A DNA stretch of 64,000 nt from Chlorokybus atmophyticus (GCA_009103225.1 RHPI01002823.1:783797-847796), one strand, 5' to 3'; counted from the stretch's first letter, positions 11,501-24,576 are shown. The notes: generated from the letters alone by a model not told the origin. A program made the numbers and translations.

Positions 11501-12316
11501 GAATTGTTGGGGGTAAAACAAAGCATGTCGACTGCTTTCCACCCGCAAACGGACGGTCAAACTGAGCGAGCAAATCAAATACTGGAAGAAATGCTTCGCC
11601 ACTATGTGGCTCCTAATCATGCTGATTGGGACAGGTACTTGCCAATGGCAGAGTTCGCTGTGAACAACGCGTGGCAGGAAAGTGTAAAGGAAACCCCATT
11701 TTTAAATTATGGGATTCGCCCAAACACACCAGCGTCATTGCGTGTACCTCGCAATGCCCTGACTGTACCAGTGGCAAAGGAATTTGCCACTGATATGCAA
11801 GAAAATTTGGCTCGAGCCAAGCTGTGTCTGTCAGAAGCACAGGACAGGCAAAAAGCTTATGCTGATACACATCGAAAAATGGCCACTTTCGATGTCGGCG
11901 ATAAAGTTTTGCTTAATGCAAAAAACATAACCATCAAAGGTACGGGTGCTCGCAAGTTGCTGCCCCGATGGTTAGGTCCTTTCTCTATCACTGATAGAGT
12001 TGGTACGCACGCTTATCGACTGCAATTGCCCCCAAGTGTGCGTATACACAACGTGTTTCATGTAAACTTGTTGAAACCTTACCGCTCAGACGGTAGAACA
12101 CAGCCTCCACCACCGCCAGTTGAGGTGGACAGCGAGCTCGAATACGAGGTGGAAGCTATATTGAACCATAAGCTAAATGGTCGAGGACGCGCAACTCGCT
12201 ATTTGGTGAAATGGAAAGGGTATGGCCCGGAACATAACAGTTGGGAGCCCGACAGGCATCTTACGCACTGCCGCGAGTTGCTTCGAGCTTATTGGGATTC
12301 ATGTCCTGTCCCATAA
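8579..12316 (+). pseudogene. pol: Pol polyprotein (methyltransferase-like segment, protease, RT, RNase H, integrase, chromodomain) with two compensating frameshifts
   Basis: Protease ALIDTGAN; RT YLDD; RNase H SDAS...ELL...TDH; integrase H-X6-H/CX2C, SMDLITDLP, VTDRDPRF, QTDGQTERANQ and WLGPF; chromodomain YEVEAIL...YLVKWKGYGPEHNSWEP. The frame shifts -1 near 9120 and +1 at the A7 run 9564-9570. Confidence 0.92.
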
Positions 12317-12463
12317 ACTGTGGGCTTGGTTTTATGACAGACTGGCAGTGCAGTTTCATTACCACCCTGTCATTTCCTGCTATCTCACTGGTTACAATTA
12401 CTCGAAATCAAGCCTGATCAACTTGAGTTCAACGAGGACGTTGAAAACCTAAGTGGGGGGGAA

Positions 12464-12989
12464 TGTAACGGGAGCAATAATAATAGGGGTATTATTGCTA
12501 CCTGAATAACACATTTTGTATGAATAAGTATTTAAATATGCTTATTTATACCTCTTTTCTACGGTTCCTCGCTTATTAAAGGCTATGATGCTTTATCATA
12601 GCTTAAATAAGTCCCAATGGGTGTAGAACCGCTTATTCAAGCCTATTTAGTGTCACATTTGATATAATGTGATCACTATCTTGTTTGGTACCTTACGATA
12701 GGTATCTTTGGATAGGTACCTTATCGATAGGTACCTTATCTGAGCTGTGATTGGCTCACGCTAGATTTCCTAACTACCCTATCTGTAGGGTCGATGTCTA
12801 GTTGTGAGTTAATTATCGAGAGTTATATAGTTGATATACTCTTGATATAAAAGGTCACATCAATCTGATGTGGGGACTTTGAGTTCTCTGCTCAGTGGCG
12901 GCCACGCCGCTGAAAGGCTTGTCATAGGCGGTGTGGGTGTTGGGGTAGAGGATTGAAGGGGCATCACCGGCGACGGTGGTGCTGTTACA
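12464..12989 (+). repeat. 3' LTR (526 bp)
   Basis: Follows the PPT AAGTGGGGGGGAA directly. Has TGTAAC...GTTACA inverted termini and a TATA-like TATAAAA near 12846, and is followed by the TSD. Confidence 0.8.
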
Positions 12990-14882
12990 TGTATAACATA
13001 CCATGTAATGAAACTTATAGAATCTGTTACATATATACACACATGTAATAAAAAAGATAGAATATTTCTATCTATTTATATATATACATATATATTACAA
13101 ATTCAATGTCATTATGAATGTTTCATACATACTTAATCGATAACGACGTGTATATGCAAAAACCCATTCAAAAAACTTGTTAGTAAAACCACGGAGTGCA
13201 TACGGTATTATTGGACATGCATGTCATGCAAGGAAGACTCAACTGCGGGGTGTATCTGGCAGTGGGATGCGTATACTTAAGCGCACAAGTGTGGAGAGTG
13301 GGTAGCACTGTAGGGCAGCATGCGGGGTTTGGCGAGGTTCATTCGAGTGAAGAGAAGTTGTGAGGGTCTTAATGCAAGCGTGATGGTAAATGATGGGTGT
13401 CAGAGAGACAGTGGAAAGGGAAAAGCAAACTGTGTGCTCCCATCATTTGGGTATGAGGTGATAGTCACACAACAAGCTCCTAACATAAGGATGCATGCAG
13501 ACAAGCATATAGCGGTCATAATTTATAGATTTGTGCGTAAGTTTTATTTAGCTAAGTAGACTATGCTTGCGCACTTCAGGAACTGAACAAGCAAGAACAA
13601 TTGATTGCAAGACAGCGAAGTAAATGCAAGGCATGCAAAGTACCGTGTTGGGAACATAGTTGTGCAGTTCGTAGGCAACGGGGCAAGGCATGGCCACGCC
13701 ACAACATCAATACCAGAGTGCACCGGCAAGAACAAGCACACCAGAGCAGGGCAAAGACAAAGAACAAAGGGGTTTACAATATAAGGGTTCGGGCAATAGC
13801 TTACGATAGCCTAATATTCTCTCTCTAGGCAGCGAGCATGCACGCGGTCCGCCTAACTAATGGCGACTTTAAAAGTCTTACCAGTATATTCAATCAACAA
13901 TCTTTTACCTTTATGTTAGATGTAAACAACACAGCAATATGCCGAGGACTTATGCCTTATGCCAAGGTAACACACGGGGGCTAAGGAAGGGCAAATGCTG
14001 TCAGCCATGACACTGTCATGCTGAGGAGTCATTCATCATGACTCATGATGAGGAATCGTTTATAGCAATTTTTGTCCATAGCCGGAGCCACGTGTACTGC
14101 CACGTGATACGTGACAGGCCGCTCGCGACCCGGTTGGCCAGCAAAGTACCGCTTTGGCCCAATGCTTGCCAACTCTCACAGGGTTCCTCTGACTCAGCCA
14201 GGGTGGTCAAATGCCACCAAAGCCTACACGAGCGTCATCTGTCCCTTCGTACCAGGGACCGCATGTCAATGTGTCACATCCCATAGGTGAACCGGTCAAG
14301 CTATTGCTGGCTTGCAACCACAGCTCTAACATGCTGCGCTTCCTGCTCAATGGCGGTCAACTTTCTGTCTAGCCGGTTTCGACAATGCGCACTCAAGCTG
14401 GTCGCTTGATCTTAGCTCTGTGACAGTACGGTCACCAGGTGAAAGAGGACTCCGACCTTCTGCCGTACCGGTCCATCGCCATTCACGTTTGGGACCGAAA
14501 CGCCGGTCGCAGTCAGACCCGTTTTCCGCAAGAGTCCACGGCGGTTTCCCAAGAACGAGGATTCCACTGACAAGGAAAACGCCTCATTGTGGAAACAGGA
14601 TTTCTGTCGCCCTACCACAGCACAAAACTCCGTGGATTCAGCGCAACTTGCTCCGGTCGTTTCCCGCTACAATAAATGCGGTTTTTGCCGCATTGCCACA
14701 CAGCAAGCGCCTGCAAAAGTTCCAGGCGCAGAGCTGTGGTGTGGCCAGGCTGAGTGTAGCCTGCTAGCGGCGGCGGTGGTGAATGCATTGGCTGTGCGTG
14801 TGTGCTGTGTGATGTGACAGGGTTGAGCAAGTAGGTAGCTGCTCTGTAAGCTGGGCTACGACGTGGTGAATTGCGCTGTTTC

Positions 14883-17800
14883 ATGCGCAGCAAGCCCTCC
14901 CCTGCCGCTCCTCGGATCGTCCGCGACCGCCGTCGCAGTGAAGCTGCTACCAGCTGGTGCGTTTGGTGTACAGTGATATCATAGCTCAAAGCAGCTAGGG
15001 TTTCAAGCTCTGTGCGTCATGCAAGCTTAGTAGACGGCAGCTGTACTTCCATGCTTATGAATGGAACGGTTCGGAAGCTCTTTTCTTGGCGGAAACCCAT
15101 GTGGCGTCTTAAGATACTGGCAGCATTTTGTATTCATTTTATGCAGACGCTCGTACGTGTGCATGCAGGGTGTACACGTGCGATCTGCCGTCTGATCTAT
15201 GCTGCTGAGCCTTTGCCATGCTGATTGTGCTCTGACTGCATTACTCATGTCAGTCAGCTGTGCTTCGTGACAATTGCGCCTCACACATTCGGGCAAGCAC
15301 GGTTTGTGCGCTTAACCTCCCCTCACAATCAACGTGGTGCGCAGAAACTATCGTGCCACGGCCTGGTCGGACCAAACGTTACGCTAAAGCGAGTGCCAGC
15401 TACCATCCAGCTCTGCCTTTGGCAAAGGTAACAAGCTGCTTTGGATTCAGAGACATGGACGGTGCGGCGAGAAGCAAGCTGATGTCTGATCACGCATGCA
15501 TGCACGTGCTCAATCTATGTTGAATCATTGCAGGCAACCGTGGTGAGAGGACAATGTGCCAATCCTCCAACGGGCCCAAAGCCTGGCACCATGGCTGGCC
15601 AGTAAGTCTGCCACATCGTGCCATGTATAATTGTGCATGCAACAGTGTCTGCAATGCTCTCTTACCCGTTGCCCTGCAGGTTGTGTCAGCTGCAATCACC
15701 CTAACCGCAGGAGCCACAGTTGCCTCAAAAGTCAGTGCGAAGTCGCCAGCATCTTTATTCGATCTGCCCAACCTCTTGCAAAGCATGTTTGCAAGTAGCG
15801 CAACCACAGTCGCCGGATTTGGTCTCTTGGTGAGCTGCAACAGCGTCATACATGTTGCAGTACTCATGGATAGCACTAGCACTCACTGTATGCTCACCAA
15901 TCAATGCTCATGTGCTAATCAATTGGTTCAGATCGCTGTTGCTGTTGTGCTGCTACGAGCGTGGCATGCGCATAAGAGACACGCGCCATGTCTTGTGCCG
16001 AATTCCCCGGTAAGCTTTCATCAGCAAAGCGGGCACTTACAATCTCTGAGAGTAATGTGGTTCTACCAACTGGTTGTTACGTCAAGCGCAACGTCTTGTT
16101 TTGCCTTCAACCCAGCTAACATCACTTGTTTGGGTTACGCAGCGCAAGTTGCACAGAATGTTTTCGATGCCCAGCAAACACAAAGTCACTCTGGGAGAAA
16201 AAGTCACCTATGCACTGGAGCTTTTCTTTACCACTCACCCCTTGGCTAAGGTTGGTGTGCATGCGTGTGCATGTGCTCCTGCTAAGGGGCGTGGGCACGT
16301 GTGCGTGCGTGTGCATGCGGACACTTTGTATCCAACATTTGCTTGCCATATGGGTTTTAGTGTCACCGGTTAACCATTCAATTATTCAACTATCATTGTA
16401 CATAGGCTGGCATCTTCATGGCCTGCACCATTGTCATGATATTTGTTGGAGCGGTGGCGTTTGTGATAGTGTCCCCCGACGACTCTCAGCATGGTCTAGC
16501 TGAAGAAGTGTGGATCGCATGGTCTATGCTTGCAGACAGCGGCGCGCATGCAAGCGAGGTATGTGCATGTCCGTAGTCAACTTACGTATGCGCGCATGCC
16601 TGAGTTATATTGTGCTCACACATGCATTGGTTGAGCAGGAGTCCATACGTCGTCGCTGGGTGGGCGTACCGCTCACGATGGTAGGAATGCTGCTGATTGC
16701 CATCCTGGTGGGTCTCGTGACGGACAGCATTTCCAACCATGTGGAGAAGATTAAGCGTGGCGGCCAAGTGATCGAGAGCGGGCACACGCTGGTATGTTAA
16801 CATTCCAATACCACGTTATACATGTGCCTGCTGCCTGCAATGCCTCAGTGCCTCAACACCACCAGAACTCCATCCATATCCATGCAGATTCTCGGCTGGA
16901 CGCCGTACACAACGCAGCTCATTCTGCAGTTAACCTTTGCCAACGCCTCTGAAGGCGGCAAAGCTATTGTAATCCTAGCCAACGAGGACAAAGCCAACAT
17001 GGATGCCCAGATACATGCTACCATCAAAGGTAAAACTTCTTTTACAATGTCTGTGAGCACTTGTCTTTCCAGCGTGTCCATGCCAGCATGTCTTTAACTC
17101 TGTGTTTCTCAGACAATCGCAAGTCTAAGATAGTCACGCGGCAGGGCCACGTGATGTGCCAACAGGACATGCGGAAGTGCTCCGTTTCATCCGCACGCTC
17201 GATTATCGTGCTGTCACCGAACTCTTCGGATGAGGCAGATGCGATCGTAGTACAAACCTGTGCCGTGTTGCAAAGCATGCCGGACGTGCGCGCCTCGATC
17301 GTTGCCGAGTTCGTCGACATTGACAACATTGACCTGCTTCAGGCAAGAGTGGTGTTTGACAGAAGCTGCTGAGGACTGAGACTTGTATAACCGGGGACAT
17401 TTGGGCATCACAGACGGTATCATTCCGCCAGCTGGACTCTCATTGGCCACGCACACACACTCCCAGTCCAATCGTGCCTGTGGCAGCGCATCACTGGGCT
17501 GGCCAGCTCATCGTGTACAGAGCGTGCTGCCCGGGCTATGCCGTGGTGTTACGCGAGCTGCTGGGCTTCAAAGGCCAGGAGTTCTATTTTCAGGTCAGTC
17601 CAAGCACGACAGTGTGATGTGTTCATCTCGTTATTCATCTCGTGATGCACTTGGCAAACACATAAATGCTGTCCGTTGTGCAGGAGTGGCCTGAACTGTA
17701 TGGTAGAGCGTACGAGGACATTGTGTTCTGCTTTGACGACGCTGTTGTGTGTGGCATCCGCATGGGTGAGACATAACAAACGCAAGCAACAGTTGATCTG

Positions 17801-19555
17801 ATGTCTACCTTTTGCGACGCACTGTACAAACGTTGTGCGCATCTTCGTAGATAATCAAACGACCATCAATCCACCCCTTTCAACCGTCTACCAACCGGGA
17901 GACCAGCTGCTGGTGATTGCCGAAGACAACAACAGCTATATGCCCGGACCCTTGCGCAAACCAAAGGCGACTACAAAAGCAGCCGCTGGTATGTATATAC
18001 TTGCGACTCACAGATTTCTGAGTGATGTTTGATGTTGAAACGGTTCGTGTCTATCTAGCATTCTTGGCAAGGCTGGACACCAGGAAGCAGGACATGCCAT
18101 CCTCGCGCGTGCTCATCTGCAATTGGCGCAATGAGGTGATTGAAACATTGAGAATCCTCAAGGCTGCATCAGTAATTACACTTCATCCGCCCTTTCGGCA
18201 AACTACGGAGCCTGAATGTGTTTACTGATATGGCTTCTGTTGTCTCAATGGCAGGTAGAGGATATCATTGCCTTCCTTGGTCACACAGTGGGTCCGGGCT
18301 CTAGCGTGACCATTGCAAGCACGCATCCTGTCGAGGAACGAGAGGAGTGCCTGTCAGCATTGCGAGCCGACTTGTCGGCGCTTCCCTTCACCAACGTGCT
18401 CGCATCACCGCTCTCCAGAAAAAGCCTTGCAGAGCTGCCACTTGAAGTCTTTGACAAGGTGACACCAACATTTCCTCTTTATGTTAATCTAAGTCAACAC
18501 TTCGCGCGTAAAGAAGAGTGTGCTGGGCAAAAAAGTCAAGCACTAATCTGTTGTGGGCGGTTACTTGGCTCAGGTTTTAATATTGAGCCCGGATGATGCA
18601 CCACAAGTACCGGACAACAACGCCGTCCGACATCTTTGCGACAAAGACTTCAAAGTGATGTCGACAGCTCTCCTCATAAGGCACCTTCAGGTGTGACTCG
18701 TGCACTGCTGGTCAATTGCCAGCCTGACCGGGCTTACTGCACCAAGCAGAACTGGAACAAGCACGCACGCTGTACTTACAGTGACCTCTGTAGGTGCAAC
18801 GTGGTCGCTCCAACTCATTCATCCTCACGGAACTCACGGGCTCAGGCAATGTGGAGGAAGCGTTGACAGCCACATGGCTTGATGACTTTGCATTCCCGAA
18901 CGCTGTGCAGGTGACAAGGAGGAAGGGCTTGGCTGTCATAGTGCCTTCGCTGTCACTGTGTCATTCACCTTCTTGTCATAACCTACTCAAACGTGGTCTT
19001 GCCTGGCAGGCAATGGTCATTGCCAACATGGCGGAGGATGCCAACGTGGGCAACGTGTTGTTCGAACTCGCAAGGGATTCGGTGCGCAACAACCCTTACC
19101 TAGTTGATGATGTTTGTGATGTGCACCCACTCAATCAGCACTTCAGCAATTGAACTCACTCGCATCTGTCACAGGTTGGTAGCACATCCATTAAGATTGT
19201 AAAGGCAGGCACGTATGTGGACGGCAGGGAGGCCGTCTCCTTCTGGGACTTACAGATGCGGACTTTGAGTCAAGGGCAGGCGCTCATTGGCTGGCAGAGG
19301 TTGCACTCTGCTGGAGAGGAAGATTGGGTGTTGAATCCGCCATCCAAGCACGTACCTGTGCAGGTGAGATGACTTGGGTTGGTTTGGGGGCTTCCAGGTT
19401 GCTTAGGGAGGTTGTGAAGGTCAACAAACATGCGTGTTGTGCAGTGGTCTCCGCAAGACAACCTCGTTGTCATATGCCAACGGCAGATACAGCACAGGGC
19501 CCACGCTTCCACGCCGACCTCAAGCGGGCGCTTCAAGCGAGCAGAGCTCTTTTGA
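14883..19555 (+). CDS. CASTOR/POLLUX (DMI1)-family cation channel, multi-exon; 5' exons tentative
   Basis: Exons give LGEKVTYALELFFTTHPLAK, EEVWIAWSMLADSGAHASE, VGVPLTMVGMLLIAILVGLVTDSISNHVEKIKRGGQVIESGHTL|ILGW, RQG...ARSIIVLS...DEADA, LRELLGFKGQEFYFQ|EWPELYG, INPP...PGDQLLVIAEDNNSY and VLNPP. TGA at 19553-19555. The ATG at 14883 is a guess. Confidence 0.9.
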
Positions 19556-20556
19556 TACTTTCATTATCAAGAGTTTGCGTTGTAGATGTTGCTTGCAACA
19601 ACAGTTTTGACACAGGTGCTTTCACTGTCACACGCACACAGCGTCCACAGTGTGCACCACAGCACGCCAGATAGGGTTAGATAAGCTCCAGAGATTTTGC
19701 AGTTTGTGCAAGGTTTGGTGTTGCAGCTTGTAGCTATACAGTCTTAGACTTATGGCGTTTGCTACGAGCGCTGCCTGCATGTAGGTCATTTGAGCCTTAC
19801 AAGCAATTAGTAATCCCTGCCGGGTGATGGGAGCCGATTCCGAGTATGGTTGGCGACAGCTGTTGCGTGTCAGGCAGCATTGAAGTTGTTGGTCATCATG
19901 TACAGCTTGCACGGTTCAGCGATGCACAGTCCAACCAGTCAGGTCATTGCTTAACTGAAGACAGCGTGTACGACTCTTGGTTGTTGGTGCTACAATATGA
20001 CCGACAACCTGAGTCGTACATGCTGTTGAATAAAGCAATGACCTGACTGGTTGAACTGTTTGATTCAAATTCTGCAAGCTGTGATGCACAATTTAATCTG
20101 CAAGGATGTTTTTTGTGCAGTCAGCTATAAGTCGTGCGCATGGGCAAGTGTCTGTCATATAACTTCTGTGCGAACGCCAACGTAAAGTACATCGGCTACA
20201 CTGCCCAGCCTTTGGCTTCAACTGCTGCAGAGAAGCTCTTGCTGGCTTACATATCATTATGAAGCCTCCCCCGTGAAGCTACCATTATACAGTGAACATA
20301 TTCAGGCATGCATGTTGGAAGGCTTCTCAATCTCTTGAACTCCATGGCACGCTAAATGGCCTCACAGAGATAACACGTGCACAGTGTTCACAGCATTACA
20401 CGTGAATGGAAACAGAGTTGATCGGTGCGCTCCTCGCATGGGAGTTGAAGCAGACACACGGCCCAATGAGTTATTTGTTACACAACTGACTGATACAGGA
20501 AATAATCCCCAAGCATTAACTTGGCTTCCCTCGGCTTGCACATGGCGAGTCCACAT

Positions 20557-22805
20557 TTACGCCAGTCTGGTCGGGTTGGTGCACGTGAAGCGGATGCTTC
20601 CACTAGGCGAGTTGGTGGCGCGAATGACATCCCCGTATCCGATGCCGTTGACTACAGCGGGTCCCTGTTCACAACAATATGAAGAGCATGAGTCGGAGGC
20701 ACCCCACATTACTCAATACGCCACACAACTGACACACATGCATGTGGTTGTGTGTGCTCACCGTCACGTAGCCGTAGTGATCGTAGTCCGACTGCGCATA
20801 CATCGGGACAGATCCGTCCGTTGGCGTTTCGAGCACGCAGTGCGCACATGTGGAGCTGTCCAACAGGGTCGTCTCCGGCTGTGCATCAGCACAACACATT
20901 TGACACGCACGCCAACATGCATGTTGGGCCTCACTCGATGAGTATCAATCATCGGCACAACTCACCTCGAACAGGGCAGTTGGGCCCTTCTTGATTACAG
21001 TGAAAGAGACCATATAGTATGTGTCTCTGTCGAGGGCGTCAACGGCCTTCACCTGGAACGCGTGCGGCTTGGCTGTGGCCGTCAGCTTCACGGGACTCTT
21101 GCACCGAGTCCTGTGTGATGTTACATCTCAAGTCAATTCACTCATGCATGTTGTGCGTGTACGTGTGCGTGTTAACATACCACTCGTTGGTGGTGCCGTC
21201 CAGAGACATGCCGTCGTATTTGCAGTACTGCTTGCACTCGCTGGCGTCCTCGCAGGTCCACGCCAACGTCACCTGCATGGTGATGACATGCTGAGTGACT
21301 CGCACACACACACACACACACGCACATCCACAGACATGCGCACGCTTGCACCCACCATGGGCACACATGTACAACATGCCAGTTACCTCCTCATTGTTGC
21401 TCAAGGCGGGAGGCACGGCGTCGAACGTGATGACGGGGGCTTCCGTATCTGTCATCACACACGCACACGTTACCAACCATCACCACATGGATTGGTACTT
21501 CAGCAGTTTCAACACACGCATCCTTTTGGCATTTGTTCTCACCGTAGATGAACACGTGCATGGGTGGTTCTTCCTCGGGCGGGATGCCCACGTCATTGCT
21601 TGCAGCCAACCACGTGCGCGTGCGCACAGCGTAGGAACCCTCCGGCTTGGCGGTCAGGTCGTGATACTGGAACAACGCGGTGAACGAGGTGGCGTTCTGC
21701 GCGGGGGAGACAACATGTGGGTGAGAAGTTGTATCTGTCGTGGGCACGTGTGGGTGGGTGGGTGTGGGTGTGGGTGAGGGCGTGCGTGCGCGTGTGTATA
21801 TGCGTGTGCGCATGCGCATGCGTGTGCTCATGCGTGCGTGCGTGTGCGTGTGCGTGTGCCTATGCATCTGCTGTTGCCAACCAAGTATGCTTGCGTGTAA
21901 CAGCACTGCACCCCATTCTCACCGTGTCGTCGCGGCAGCACTGCTCGTCGCAGTTGTTCCAGTTGCTCCATGTGCCCGTGAAGTTGTTCTGGCACTGGAA
22001 ATCGATCTCCCACTGAGCATTATTTATTGAGTCGTCGGGCTTGTTGACTGCATCACAAGAGAGAAATCAGCTCACACATCCACACACACACACACACACA
22101 CAGAGAGAGTCAAAGTGCTTGCCTGAGAGACGGAACTCAGGTTGGTTGTCGCTTGTAACGTGTTGTGGCTCGACAAATGCCGTCTTGATTGTTGTGTCCT
22201 TGTCGACGATGAAGTCAAACTCTCTCCTCCCACCCGGCGTGTCATCCGCCGCCTTGTACACCACGAACTCCACCACGTACGCGCCCTAAAAGTGAGTGAG
22301 CAAGTGAGTGAGTTGGGTGAGAGTGAGAGTGAGACAGAAGAGAGAGCGTGAGCGAGAAGATCCATGAGGGAAGGAGATGCTTACGTTGGCGAGGTCAGAA
22401 AGGGTGAAGAGCGAGGTGACACTGTTGGCCATGTAAGTGTCCGTGCCGTAGCGGCTGCGGAGCAGCAAAGATAGATAGATATAAGTTACGCGCATGGAAG
22501 CTAAACTGGACGTTCAAATGTGCATAGAACACGTGGACGTGGACGTGGACGCAGCGAGCGACGCAGCGAGCGAGCGAGCAAGAGCGAGAGAGAGCGAGAG
22601 CGAGAGCGAGAGCGCGAGCGCGAGCGCGAGCGCGCGAGCGCGAGAGAGAGAGCGAGAGAGAGCGAGAGAGAGCGAGAGAGCGAGAGAGCGAGAGAGAGCG
22701 AGAGAGAGCGAGAGAGAGAGCGAGAGAGAGAGCGAGAGCGAGAGCGAGAGCGAGAGCGAGAGCGAGAGAGAGCGAGAGAGAGCGAGAGCGAGAGCGAGAG
22801 AGAGC

Positions 22806-22838
<33 letters not shown>

Positions 22839-22904
22839 CGAGAGAGCGAGAGAGAGAGAGCGAGAGAGAGAGCGAGAGCGAGAGCGAGAGCGAGAGCGAG
22901 AGAG

Positions 22905-22992
<88 letters not shown>

Positions 22993-23475
22993 GACTCACA
23001 CTTGAGGCGAGTTGTTGATGCTGTACTTGATGTACCATTCCATGCCACCAGTGCCATACAGAGCGAAAGTCACACTCTGCAGTCAATCAATGAAACAATC
23101 AATCAGACAGCAGTTGTTGTCTTGCCCTGGGATCATCACAACCCAATACTTTCCTCGGCAGCAGTACACCAACTTTGTGCATTACCCAACATGATCACAA
23201 AGATTGAGTGTCTTACGTTCTGCAAGATGTAGTATGGGTCGCCGTCATCCAAGTAACTGGGCACCATCGCAGCATTACCGACATAAACGCACAGTCCTGA
23301 GAGAGGGTCAAACAAGTGTCTCAAGATGGATGGTACCAGCACACATATGCAGCAAACACAATGCAAGCTCTAAGCTCTAATACTCTGCTTGAAACACACC
23401 GTTCTGGCAGTGACTCGCCAAGGCACGTCCGATGCCGAGCAGCAGCACGACTGCTACAAGGAGGGCCTTCATCAT
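20557..23475 (-). CDS. Secreted protein with Ig-like/beta-sandwich segments, multi-exon
   Basis: GCCATG context and signal peptide MMKALLVAVVLLLGIGRALASH. Exons splice in frame: GLCVYVGNAAM..., SVTFALYGTGG..., GAYVVEFVVYK...FIVDKDTT, DTEAPVITFDAVPPALSNNEE|VTLAWTCEDASECKQYCKYDG, HAFQVKAVDALD. The 3' end (TAA 20557-20559) is uncertain. Confidence 0.7.
22551..22990. repeat. Compound (GA)n/(GCGA)n microsatellite, about 440 bp, in an intron of the Ig-like gene
   Basis: Directly visible and pure (GA)n at its right end. It accounts for the SL/ER low-complexity ORFs in the track. Confidence 0.97.
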
Positions 23476-24576
23476 GGCGACGTCGGAGCTTCTCCTCCTC
23501 GTCCTCCTTGTCCTTGTCGGTGGCGGCGCCAGCGGCGATCCAAGCCCTGCCCAGCCCAACTATTTCTCCCAGCTCAGACGGTTAAGGGGAGACATGCAGG
23601 CAGAGCAACTGCGAGGGGCAACCGACGGAGGAAGACGGTCCGGGTCGGACGATCTGGATCGCAGTCACGTGGTCGCCGCGGCGTGCTCTGTTTCTATGCC
23701 GCGGTGTACCAGAGGCAGTTGATGTGCGTCACGATTGATGCATACGGTACAGTCTACCCTGGCTATAACAGTACCGTTTGTCACCAAGGATTCTAGTGTT
23801 ATGGCGAGGGTATTCCATTGGTCGTTATAAGACTGCTTAGTCTTACAACGCATAGAGGCACTTTTCGTTATGTTGAAGGAAATGAGTAATAAAAGTTTAC
23901 TCGTACAATTAAACACCATGTATAGGATTCCTGCCCTTCATTAAGGCAGGGAGGGGGGGGGGGGNGTGATATATTTCCGTTTGCTTTATGAAAGCTCACA
24001 TAGTATTCACTATGATGATCGCAAAAAGTGCCATACGGCGTTGCTGAGATCAGCGCGATCATTACTGCTGCAGTATAAAGTGTTCAGCGTCGTTTTTGCA
24101 AGATTGCATGCGTCTGCAACTGCTGCTACCAAGCGATTCTGACTGAAAAAAAAAGCGCTAGCCCTTTTGCGTGTAGTGGGTTGCTCAACTTACCAACGTC
24201 GCAGGCATTGCGAGTGTTAACAGTTCATATTTGTCATTTAATACTGACGAGCCACAAGCATCATGAGTTAATGTGCACAGACTTTGCATGCAAATCTATC
24301 CACGGCATACATTTCAACACTTGCAAGCATGACGGTTTTGCACTTGAGGATAATCATTAGAGATGCTATAACCAAGTTTGGAGCCATTTGGTAAGCGCGA
24401 ACGTGACGCCAGGTTTGCCCTACCTAATGATGTGATATGAACTTATTAACAGTTGTGACCCTCGTGATAGCCCCCATCGATGAAAAGCCCTCTGCATCTG
24501 GTCAATAAGATGCCCTTTATTAATTCTTTAAAAGGGGCCCAAAGGCGTGTGCGTTAAGGGAGAGGGGGGGGAAGGG

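Larger units (their letters stand above)
6128..12989 (+). mobile_element. Ty3/Gypsy LTR retrotransposon, chromovirus type
   Basis: Starts TGTAAC (6128) and ends GTTACA (12989), flanked by TGTAT on both sides (6123-6127 and 12990-12994). Domain order is gag-PR-RT-RH-IN-chromodomain. PPT at 12451-12463. Confidence 0.93.

Noticed and set aside
5682-13980. Possible TIR element (CCCCCG...CGGGGG) hosting the chromovirus
   Set aside because: Only short, gapped matches between 5683-5740 and 13934-13980, and no TSD.
14033-14051. 19-bp palindrome TCATCATGACTCATGATGA and the hairpin at 6048-6093
   Set aside because: Isolated, low-complexity or short, with no supporting context.
14883-19555. Assignment to the plastid PEC1/2 (POLLUX-like) subfamily
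   Set aside because: The ADSG.HA filter and the adjacent motifs fit CASTOR/POLLUX proper better. A phylogeny is still needed.
22395-23086. Long SL-rich and ER-rich ORFs on both strands
   Set aside because: They are translations of the intronic (GA)n/(GCGA)n microsatellite.
23474-23722. Plus-strand ORF with an apparent signal peptide (MATSELLLLVLLVLVGGG) whose ATG overlaps the ATG of the Ig-like gene
   Set aside because: The hydrophobic stretch is the antisense of the purine-rich 5' UTR of the minus-strand gene, which has the good GCCATG context and spliced downstream exons. No promoter space would remain for this ORF.
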